IMG/VR virus record: IMGVR_UViG_3300049859_000309
Location: 4,257 to 68,256 of that record
DNA: 64,000 nucleotides
Strand: one strand, 5' to 3'
Source of the DNA: a virus
Lineage: Duplodnaviria; Caudoviricetes
Shown: positions 8,588 to 15,784 of the stretch, one piece after another
Layout of the letters: every line of letters begins with the position of its first letter
Position numbering within the stretch: the stretch's first letter is position 1
Translations under genes and position numbers: made by a program
Notes under the pieces: generated by a model
Seen by the model: the letters and a program-made list of their open reading frames with translations, nothing else
Told to the model about the DNA's origin: nothing
The model's database searches: none

Positions 8588-8612
8588 CCCACAACGACGC
8601 ATGTGGCTCGAT

Positions 8613-8760
8613 AGCTATTGGCCAATATCTCAATTGGCTGAGTTAATTGTCTTAGCGACTCCTAGTTATGGACTTGCGTAAACTCTTAAGCAAGCACTTA
8701 ACCCTCTGCGCACTGGCAGAAGTAGTCCTAGGGTCCGATGCACATCCATCCGCAATAGCC
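8613..8760 (-). ncRNA. Candidate structured non-coding RNA of unknown class
   Basis: Terminal helix GGCUAUUG/CAAUAGCU; long helix GAC-CCUAG-GACU/AGUC-(CAUAA)-CUAGG-(A)-GUC; hairpins CUUCUGC/GCAGAGG, UUAAG/CUUAA and GCCAAU/AUUGGC; upstream AATCTTAA motif and downstream terminator. Confidence 0.55.
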
Positions 8761-8766
8761 TTTATA

Positions 8767-8774
8767 TTAAGATT
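8767..8774 (-). promoter_or_regulatory. Putative phage late promoter AATCTTAA driving the ncRNA
   Basis: Same 8-mer precedes structural genes; it ends 6 nt before the first G of the terminal helix. Confidence 0.5.
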
Positions 8775-8835
8775 GAGTGAAAAAATGGTCCGTTTTGGAG
8801 GGGCTAGGTGGACCAAGCCTAGTTTTATTTATCAA

Positions 8836-9795
8836 TTAAGAGGCAGACATAACAAGAGCTACATCTAACGCTTTTTTGTTTAGCTGTGCGCCTTGTCCAA
8901 ACCATAAGTTATCCAGCCTAACTTGATCATCGTTCCCACGATTGTACTGGAGGTGTTCAGAGATGGCGTTGTAAGCTGCCCACATAGTACCTTTTATTTC
9001 TGGCAAATCGTTTCCTCGACCTTTTTCAAACAATGGCTGGATCTCTTCTATGATTTTTTTATTGTTAATAGAGTCGAGATTTCCCTCAGCTTCTAAAATT
9101 CTAGACTGTGAATTGAAAACTAGTTTTACATATTTTTCAAGATCCTTCTGATTAATCTGTGTGTTTGCTAGCAGTCTGTACTGCTCAGCTGTCGCCTCGA
9201 ATTCAGAATTCGCCACGTCCATAATCTCGCGAATATTTTCTAGATTTTGAACTACATTTTTTGTGTGCTTAACTCTAATTAGCTTTGAGGCTTCACTGTT
9301 ATGAGCAGCAGCTAGCGTGTTTGCGCAAATTACACGAACGCTTGTAAATCCTACTCGGACAGCTAAGGTTCCGTCATGGCTATTCGATACAAGAACGTAT
9401 TTTTCTACAATATCGTTTCCTTTAATCGACATCGGATCTCGATTGATTTTCGCCAAAACCCAAACGCGCCTACCCTTTCGCAGACTGCCTGCTGCTTCTA
9501 TAGAGACTTCTTTAGAGTCAATAAAAGGTTCAAAAAATTTAAAAGCCTCTTGGTTTTGCAATGGGACGTATTTAGCCCCTACAACTCCCAAGACTGAGCT
9601 GTCCATATCTCGACGAGTTAATAGGGCCTCTAACTTTTCTCCTGACGAAGAAAACACTGGCTCTGTAGTAACTTTCCAATCAAGCCCTGAAGCAACAAGA
9701 GCATCTTCTAAAGAAGGAGCTTGTTCAAAGCTGTGACCTAGTTTATGCCAAGGTGCCTGACCTACGTACATCATTTTTTCTATTTCGTGACTCAT
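8836..9795 (-). CDS. DUF932 family (TIGR03299-like phage/plasmid) protein
   Basis: MSHEIEKMMYVGQAPWHKLG N-terminus, GSLRKGRRVWVLA, SNSHDGT, RVICANTL, GTMWAAYNAISEH motifs; start 9795 after GGAGGG. Confidence 0.85.
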   Translation of the reverse strand: MSHEIEKMMYVGQAPWHKLGHSFEQAPSLEDALVASGLDWKVTTEPVFSSSGEKLEALLTRRDMDSSVLGVVGAKYVPLQNQEAFKFFEPFIDSKEVSIEAAGSLRKGRRVWVLAKINRDPMSIKGNDIVEKYVLVSNSHDGTLAVRVGFTSVRVICANTLAAAHNSEASKLIRVKHTKNVVQNLENIREIMDVANSEFEATAEQYRLLANTQINQKDLEKYVKLVFNSQSRILEAEGNLDSINNKKIIEEIQPLFEKGRGNDLPEIKGTMWAAYNAISEHLQYNRGNDDQVRLDNLWFGQGAQLNKKALDVALVMSAS

Positions 9796-9823
9796 TTTAC
9801 CCTCCAAGGTATGTGTTTAATTA

Positions 9824-9852
9824 AAATTACTACACCTCTATTTAAAAGTCAA
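9824..9852 (-). promoter_or_regulatory. Sigma70-like promoter TTGACT-N17-TAATTT
   Basis: Near-consensus -35 with 17-bp spacer upstream of the DUF932 gene. Confidence 0.6.
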
Positions 9853-9882
9853 CAGTGTTTTTGCATATTTTATAAAAAGGGT

Positions 9883-9890
9883 AATCTTAA
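9883..9890 (+). promoter_or_regulatory. Putative phage late promoter AATCTTAA
   Basis: Recurrent motif, directly upstream of AGGAG RBS and the ATG at 9907. Confidence 0.55.
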
Positions 9891-9906
9891 TTATATAGGA
9901 GATACA

Positions 9907-10506
9907 ATGGATAGTTTAATATGCTGCGACTGCAAAAACCCTAAAGAAATCAATAGCTTTTATAAAAATCAAAAAAGATGCAAAGATTGTACCAAAATAA
10001 GAAACAAAAAATTCAAACAAAAAAACCCAGAATATTACGCCGTAGGAGGCAAGGGCGATGCCTATTCTAAAATAGAAAATCTAGAGGAGTACAACAAGTC
10101 TAGATATTCAAAATACAAAAGCCGCTACAAAGACTACAACCTTAATTTCCGACAATCGCCGAGAGGTGCCCTTTATAGTGTACTTGAGGCGGTCAGAGGT
10201 CGAGCGAGAAAAGCAGGCTACAGTCTTGATTTCGATTTGGATTACCTAATCACCCTTTTCGATAATCAAAAAGGGAAGTGCGCAGCCACTGGAATTTGTT
10301 TTGATTTTTCCAACGAGAGCAGATCCAAAAGATTCAGACCTTTTTCCGTTTCCGTAGACAGAATTAACTCTTTTGATGTTTACAAAAAAGAAAACATAAG
10401 ACTGGTTTGCGTTGCTTTTAATTTGGCGGTAAATTCATTCGGTGATCAAGTTTTCGAAACCATAGCTAAAGGGTATTTAAAATGTTTATCTAAATCTACA
10501 GAGTGA
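9907..10506 (+). CDS. Free-standing HNH-type endonuclease with N-terminal Zn finger
   Basis: CCDC...RCKDC; C-terminal GKCAATG...SVDRINSFDVYKKENIRLVCVAFN typical of phage HNH nucleases; start 9907 after AGGAG. Confidence 0.75.
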   Translation: MDSLICCDCKNPKEINSFYKNQKRCKDCTKIRNKKFKQKNPEYYAVGGKGDAYSKIENLEEYNKSRYSKYKSRYKDYNLNFRQSPRGALYSVLEAVRGRARKAGYSLDFDLDYLITLFDNQKGKCAATGICFDFSNESRSKRFRPFSVSVDRINSFDVYKKENIRLVCVAFNLAVNSFGDQVFETIAKGYLKCLSKSTE

Positions 10507-11415
10507 TCAAAACTGTCTTTGCGAGCCTTCTTTATAAAGGTCTTGCAATTCTTTAATAGAAGCGCAAGCGCTCATATCTAAAACAACCTCAAGTGCTTGA
10601 TTATACTCGTTAAATATGTTTTGAGCCGAGCCCGTCTTGCGTATCAAATCAATATTGTCGTCCGTATCATTGTGAGAGTATATTTTATACTGATTGTTAT
10701 CTACTTCGATTAGATCTCCAATCGCTTCATCGGTCCCCGCCAATGCGTCTGACAAAACAACCTTATCGGCTCCAACCATCAAAGCTTTCACCGCGTCAAT
10801 AGGTTTAAATATTTCATCATAAACCCATATTTTTTTGTTAGTAAAACTTTTTATTGCTACTATGTCGCTCAGACCGATAGAGTAAAAAAGTTTTGCGGCT
10901 GTGGGCATTTTTAAAATCACTCCGTCAGAGTTTTCAAAAAAACGACCTCGACCAGATATCGTCACCATAATAATAAGCGAATCGCGTGTTGAGTGTTTTT
11001 TTTCATAACTTAATTTAATTTGATCTACCCATAGGTACGTAAGTTTCATATCGCTTTGTTTCACAGAGTCTATCTCTACTATGAACTTACGAAACCCCAG
11101 GTCGACAGCAAAATCTATTTGATGTTTTATTCTTGATGTAGCTACCTCTGGCTCAATCGAATCTTGTCTAAATTTAAGAGTAAAGAACGATTCGGGATCT
11201 TTGGGCACCGTGCCAACTCTTATACAAGACTCAATTTTGTTTTTATGAGCCAGCGAAATCAGCTCGTCAGATGTTATCGACCTATTCCAAGTCGTTACGA
11301 AGGCCTCTTGCGTTTCCTGATTCGTTTTTTCTTCACGACCTAGTATGGGCATCGGAAGCTTAATTTTATCAAAAACACTTGTATCAGATAGCGTAATAAG
11401 ATTTAAGTTTTTCAT
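10507..11415 (-). CDS. IMP dehydrogenase/GMP reductase-like TIM-barrel protein, catalytic motifs degenerate
   Basis: DAVKALMVGADKVVLSDALAGTDEAIGDLIEVDNNQYKIY and GSAQNIFNEYNQALEVVLDMSACASIKELQ align with IMPDH/GuaC C-terminal half; no GIGPGSIC loop. Confidence 0.65.
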   Translation of the reverse strand: MKNLNLITLSDTSVFDKIKLPMPILGREEKTNQETQEAFVTTWNRSITSDELISLAHKNKIESCIRVGTVPKDPESFFTLKFRQDSIEPEVATSRIKHQIDFAVDLGFRKFIVEIDSVKQSDMKLTYLWVDQIKLSYEKKHSTRDSLIIMVTISGRGRFFENSDGVILKMPTAAKLFYSIGLSDIVAIKSFTNKKIWVYDEIFKPIDAVKALMVGADKVVLSDALAGTDEAIGDLIEVDNNQYKIYSHNDTDDNIDLIRKTGSAQNIFNEYNQALEVVLDMSACASIKELQDLYKEGSQRQF

Positions 11416-12017
11416 TAGTCGATCCCTAAAAATCTCGGAGTGCCGTCCGAGTAGAATCTTAAAGTGTCTTCTGATGGGTTATCGAAATTCACACTAGCTT
11501 GGGATTTTGCAACAGCTAACAGGGTTCCATTGCAAGCCTCGTAACCCTTTTTGATATATTTTTGCATTCTTTCAAGGGTCGACAAAGGAAAGGTAATTTT
11601 GTTAATTCTTAAATGTTTGGCTAAAGTGTCCTGAAAAAAAGTAGGAAGCGAGAAAAACTTATCATCAACGAGCATGGCCCCACAAATAGTAAAATCAAAA
11701 GAGTCTATTACCTCTGTTGTTTGCATGTTATAGTACTTAGATTTTATAATTTGAATCCAACGGTTTTTGAATTTGAAATTAGCTAGTTGAGTATTCTCGT
11801 TCATCTTTTCGCCTTCTTTTTCTAAAAAGGCTATTAATTTATCCTCAGCTTCTTTAGTTTGACAGAATACGTCGATATCCTTAACTTCTTCATCTGAAAG
11901 ATAGTCTCTTATAGCTCCGCCCGCAATAGCGTACTCTGTAGGAATAAGACCGCCTTCTTTTATAGGCTCAAAGAATATTTTACGATAATAGAATATCATT
12001 TTATCGACGTTTTTCAT
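11415..12017 (-). CDS. Pol-beta-superfamily nucleotidyltransferase, tRNA nucleotidyltransferase/poly(A) polymerase head-like
   Basis: YAIAGGAIRDYLSDEEVKDIDVF (GG-x-RD...DxD) and FDFTIC motifs. Confidence 0.8.
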   Translation of the reverse strand: MKNVDKMIFYYRKIFFEPIKEGGLIPTEYAIAGGAIRDYLSDEEVKDIDVFCQTKEAEDKLIAFLEKEGEKMNENTQLANFKFKNRWIQIIKSKYYNMQTTEVIDSFDFTICGAMLVDDKFFSLPTFFQDTLAKHLRINKITFPLSTLERMQKYIKKGYEACNGTLLAVAKSQASVNFDNPSEDTLRFYSDGTPRFLGID

Positions 12018-12448
12018 TATACTCCCGTACTTCCAAACCCGCTAGTTCCGCGATCAGTATCTTTTGTAAATCCATCCATTAGCTCTGGCTCCAAAATCAC
12101 CACAGGAGCTAAAACTGCTTGAGCAATACGATCTCCGCGCTTTACTAAATAATCTTCTTGGCTCGTATTCCAAATAAGAGCCGAACAGTCGCCCTGATAG
12201 TCTTTGTCCACAGTTCCAACAGAATTAGCCAACCGCAATCCAGTTTTTAGCGACAGGCCAGATCTCGGTCGAACCTGAATTTCAAATCCTGCAGGTATAT
12301 CAAAAGCAATTCCAGTTTTTACCTGTAGGGTTTTTCCTGCAGGAATCAACACGTCCTCAACCGCCGACAGATCTAAACCGCTGGCGTCTTTTGAGCCTCT
12401 TGTCGGAACAATAGCATCTTCTCTTAATTTAACAACTCCAAGTTTCAT
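12017..12448 (-). CDS. dut: Trimeric dUTPase
   Basis: All five motifs: GLDLSA, RPRSGL, GTVDKDYQG, GDRIAQAV, RGTSGFGSTG. Confidence 0.97.
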   Translation of the reverse strand: MKLGVVKLREDAIVPTRGSKDASGLDLSAVEDVLIPAGKTLQVKTGIAFDIPAGFEIQVRPRSGLSLKTGLRLANSVGTVDKDYQGDCSALIWNTSQEDYLVKRGDRIAQAVLAPVVILEPELMDGFTKDTDRGTSGFGSTGV

Positions 12449-12456
12449 ATTTTCTC

Positions 12457-12564
12457 CTATGGGATTAAGTTCGTTACTACGTAAATGCCAAAGTTATATC
12501 CTATTGCAAAAATAACAGCAAATAGAACATAGCTACACAATCTAAGCTTGGTTTCTTCATTCAT
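12457..12564 (-). CDS. Small membrane protein (35 aa)
   Basis: Likely start MNEETK at 12564; single TM helix. Confidence 0.5.
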   Translation of the reverse strand: MNEETKLRLCSYVLFAVIFAIGYNFGIYVVTNLIP

Positions 12565-12844
12565 ATTTTGGACACCAGTGACTATGGCCATACACGCCAG
12601 CTTTTTCAGAACCGCATTCGCATTTTTTCTCAACCATCGAAGGGATTCCTCTAAAATCGTCAAAAGTAAGAGGATACCTACTTTCTTCTAAATCTATTGC
12701 CCATTTACTCATGCCATCATCCCACACATGCTTATCGCCCTTGTAGTCGGTAAAAACATAACCGTGATCTGGCCTTTGTATAAGCTGGCCATTAGGGGCG
12801 TAAATATAACTACTTCTTCCGTTTGGTAGTTTTTGATTTGACAT
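12557..12844 (-). CDS. Hypothetical protein with C-terminal CxC...HxxxC motif
   Basis: Likely start MSNQKL at 12844; KCECGSEKAGVYGHSHWCPKY. Confidence 0.6.
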   Translation of the reverse strand: MSNQKLPNGRSSYIYAPNGQLIQRPDHGYVFTDYKGDKHVWDDGMSKWAIDLEESRYPLTFDDFRGIPSMVEKKCECGSEKAGVYGHSHWCPKYE

Positions 12845-13244
12845 TTTTATTTCTCTTTTTTGGTTTTGTGGCTTTTGTGGTAATTTTGTAATTATGATAA
12901 AAGATATCAGGGGCTCCAAAACTTCTAGCGGCTTGCAATGCAGCCTTTTCTACCTGTTCTGCGGGAGGCCAAAAAGAATCAATAGATTTTTCCAGACCGT
13001 CGTTTATTTTAAAAACCGTGTCCGAAACGAGCTTGTCCGTTTCTGTTTTAAAATCTTCGGCTTCCTTACTTGTGTGGGAGCATCCTCGCCGCTCTTCTGC
13101 GATCTGATTCATCAGCTCTTTAATTTTTTTGTCTTTTTCAGCCAAAGCCTCTTCGGTCTCACCATCATACTTAAATAAAAAATACTCTCCGCCAAATACC
13201 CATCCAGAAACAAACCCAATAAACACAAATAATAAGATTTCCAT
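12810..13244 (-). CDS. Membrane-anchored coiled-coil protein
   Basis: N-terminal TM segment, coiled coil, basic C-terminus. Confidence 0.65.
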   Translation of the reverse strand: MEILLFVFIGFVSGWVFGGEYFLFKYDGETEEALAEKDKKIKELMNQIAEERRGCSHTSKEAEDFKTETDKLVSDTVFKINDGLEKSIDSFWPPAEQVEKAALQAARSFGAPDIFYHNYKITTKATKPKKRNKNVKSKTTKRKK

Positions 13245-13447
13245 TATTTTTTCCTTTTTGCCATCTTCTTCGATTTTTTAGAAACTGTCAACTTTTTTTC
13301 TTTAGGGAGCAAAAGATCAAACTCATCTTGGGCCGATTTCAGTCTAAATAGTTGATTTTCAAGGACTTTATGGCCCTGATCGACTCTTTTTTGAGTAATA
13401 TCTAGTAAAAGTTTATTAAACGCTATCTGTTTTTTTAATTTTTCCAT
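13244..13447 (-). CDS. Hypothetical protein
   Basis: 67-aa ORF with GAGG RBS below a consensus promoter. Confidence 0.7.
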   Translation of the reverse strand: MEKLKKQIAFNKLLLDITQKRVDQGHKVLENQLFRLKSAQDEFDLLLPKEKKLTVSKKSKKMAKRKK

Positions 13448-13461
13448 ATAACCTCTAGCTC

Positions 13462-13490
13462 ATATTAGTGTAAAAAATGCAAGATGTCAA
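13462..13490 (-). promoter_or_regulatory. Sigma70 promoter TTGACA-N17-TAATAT
   Basis: Perfect -35, near-consensus -10, 17-bp spacer. Confidence 0.75.
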
Positions 13491-13494
13491 TACC

Positions 13495-13525
13495 GATACT
13501 ATAGATAAAAACAGGTAATCTTTAA
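13495..13525 (+). promoter_or_regulatory. GATACTATA motif plus AATCTTTAA variant upstream of the tail module
   Basis: Both recurrent motifs lie in the divergent intergenic gap before the tape measure gene. Confidence 0.45.
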
Positions 13526-13570
13526 GGTATGGGACGGTTTCTTTCACCCTAAAAAGGCAAGTGATTTCAA

Positions 13571-15784
13571 ATGCTTAAAAAAGAGATTCGCATAGCTGCA
13601 AAACTAGATACGGGTGAATTCGACAAAACTGTCGGCGACATGCAGCGTAAGATGAAAGAGATCTATTCAACGCCCTCGGCCAGAGGCGATGTCAACCTGC
13701 AGGACCGTCTAGCCAAGGCTGGATATGGCTCAGCGGCCACAGATCAACAACGTCGTCAAGCCGACATACAGGACACTCAAAAAAGAAGAAGCGAAGAAGA
13801 GCATTTTAAAAAAATGCTTAAAAGCTATCAAGATATCAATAAAGAATTAGACGCTAGAAAAAAGATCATGGACGATCTTGAAAAAACCAATCAAAAAATG
13901 TTTACCGCTGAAAAACAGCAGTACGACAGCCTACTATCTACAAAAAAAAGACTACAAGACTCTTTAGGCGCTAGCCTAGATAGAAAAGAAAGGCCCTCTT
14001 TTTTAAACATTGCTCAAAGTTTTCAGCGCGGAGGTATTAGCGGCGGCTTAGGCGCTATGGGCATAGGAGCCTCTGCTTTAGGGTATCTAGGCCTAGCTGG
14101 AGCGGCTGGCGCTATGGGAATGAACATGTATAACACAAACATGGTCGCTCCCCAAATTGCGCTATCAAATAACGCACAGGCTACCCAAATAGCAAGTTCT
14201 CGGTTAGTCAGAGCGGCTCAAGGAGCAGGTGCTTTTGAAGACGTGTATTCTGGAAACCGAATCGAAGCAGAGTCTTTAGCAAAGGAAAAATACTCCAAAT
14301 CTCCCCTTAGTGATATTTTTTCTTCAAAACCAGGCTCTATTCTGGGAAATCCATTAATCGTTGGAGCCTTGACACGAAAGGCTGGTCTTAAGTATTCCGA
14401 TATTTATGAATCTGGTCGGACATCTGAATATGCCCAAAACATTCAGTCTAATTTTGAAAACTTAAAACAAAAAGACCCTCTTCTTAAAATTGGCGTGGAT
14501 TATTTTGCTCAAAATGGACAAAGAGACCTTGGAGTCCAGAGATCTCTAGGCATGAATCAAGGCGACCTGATGTCTTTTTACAATCAAGGGAATAGGGCTG
14601 GATTTACAAGAGATCAGCTTGGCGGAGCAGCTGCTGGAGTTCTTGGAGCTGGCGGGTCTACTCGAATGGCTCAGGGCGCAGCTTTTACAAATAGAATGCA
14701 ATCGGTCTATAACATGACAAACGCAGCGCAGGACCTCGGCTCTATTTCGGGAACTTTGGGAGACGCTGGAGCGTCGCAAAATACATATTTAAGAATTATG
14801 TCGGAAGCTGTTCGACTAGGTTTTGATAAATCTCAGTACGCAGAAGAAAACAGAAAATTTACAAGCATTGTTGCTCAGACAATTGGCTCTATGGGCGTTA
14901 GATCTGAGGGAAAAGCTAGTGAAATAGCATCCCAAATATCTAGCTTTGTTACTGGAAACACAATGAGAGATATTGGTATTGGGCAGTCCAACTTCGATGT
15001 ATTTCAGAGCCGTCAAATAGAAGGCGGATCACGAGAATATTTAAGACTTTCATCTCTTTCTTCTAAATTTAAAGGCTTGAATTCTCAAACCGCAAATTCT
15101 TTAGCCAGTATGCCAGAAGGAAGTATTGATACATCCAATCCTGAATTTCAATATCTTTACGAACAAGTAAAAAAAACAAATCCAGACATTGGTTCTATAT
15201 CAGAGTTTAAAACAGAGGTAGACAGGTCTAGAAGATACGGTCAAAGCGGCTTAGCTGGAGCAAATCTGGATAAGCAAATTTCAAAACTAAGATCTATGAG
15301 GGCCTACTATTCTTCTGGCGAAGAGGCTATGAAAGATCCAGAGTTTCAATCAACTCTAAACGAAGCGATGATGGCTCAGCGCTTTATTGATGAAAAATAT
15401 AAAAACGCACCTACCGACGTTCTTCGTTCGTCTATTTTAGGACAGGCTGACTTTGGATCTGGTGGGACGGAATCCCAACTAGACCCAACACTTAAAGGCG
15501 CTACAGTACAAGATCAGATTAATAAATACAACGCAGCCCAAGAAACAAGATTTAATGAATCTATTTCTAGAGCTGGCGAACAGCTCTCTCGTTTAGGAAA
15601 TGCTGCAGAACCTTTAATTGATGCTATTATTAGATTAACAGGAGCATTTACTTCTGCTTACGCAAAGGCTGGGACCGACGTCGAAAGATCTAGCTTATCT
15701 CGACAGTTTAATGAAAAATTAAACCAGCTCACTCCAGAATCAGTATCTCCAAGAAGATCTGGCTCTTCAACTAGGGAGCCTTAA
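13571..15784 (+). CDS. Tail tape measure protein (putative)
   Basis: 737 aa; N-terminal EIRIAAKLDTGEF, coiled coil, Gly/Ala-rich hydrophobic stretch; first gene of tail module. Confidence 0.7.
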   Translation: MLKKEIRIAAKLDTGEFDKTVGDMQRKMKEIYSTPSARGDVNLQDRLAKAGYGSAATDQQRRQADIQDTQKRRSEEEHFKKMLKSYQDINKELDARKKIMDDLEKTNQKMFTAEKQQYDSLLSTKKRLQDSLGASLDRKERPSFLNIAQSFQRGGISGGLGAMGIGASALGYLGLAGAAGAMGMNMYNTNMVAPQIALSNNAQATQIASSRLVRAAQGAGAFEDVYSGNRIEAESLAKEKYSKSPLSDIFSSKPGSILGNPLIVGALTRKAGLKYSDIYESGRTSEYAQNIQSNFENLKQKDPLLKIGVDYFAQNGQRDLGVQRSLGMNQGDLMSFYNQGNRAGFTRDQLGGAAAGVLGAGGSTRMAQGAAFTNRMQSVYNMTNAAQDLGSISGTLGDAGASQNTYLRIMSEAVRLGFDKSQYAEENRKFTSIVAQTIGSMGVRSEGKASEIASQISSFVTGNTMRDIGIGQSNFDVFQSRQIEGGSREYLRLSSLSSKFKGLNSQTANSLASMPEGSIDTSNPEFQYLYEQVKKTNPDIGSISEFKTEVDRSRRYGQSGLAGANLDKQISKLRSMRAYYSSGEEAMKDPEFQSTLNEAMMAQRFIDEKYKNAPTDVLRSSILGQADFGSGGTESQLDPTLKGATVQDQINKYNAAQETRFNESISRAGEQLSRLGNAAEPLIDAIIRLTGAFTSAYAKAGTDVERSSLSRQFNEKLNQLTPESVSPRRSGSSTREP

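Noticed and set aside
8523-8835. Possible tRNA or tmRNA in the non-coding gap
   Set aside because: No T-loop GTTCRA, D-loop, cloverleaf or CCA end on either strand; no tmRNA-like termini
8668-8868. 66-aa plus-strand ORF in the large intergenic gap
   Set aside because: No RBS, overlaps the end of the DUF932 gene in antisense, and the region is better explained by dense RNA helices with a minus-strand promoter and terminator
9317-9736. 139-aa plus-strand ORF and similar antisense ORFs (e.g. 1954-2283, 29120-29599, 40147-40602, 59741-60418)
   Set aside because: Fully antisense to well-supported genes; typical shadow ORFs without RBS or motifs
11455-11462. Additional AATCTTAA copy (another lies near 62590 on the minus strand)
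   Set aside because: Inside coding sequence with no suitably placed downstream gene start; probably chance matches in AT-rich DNA
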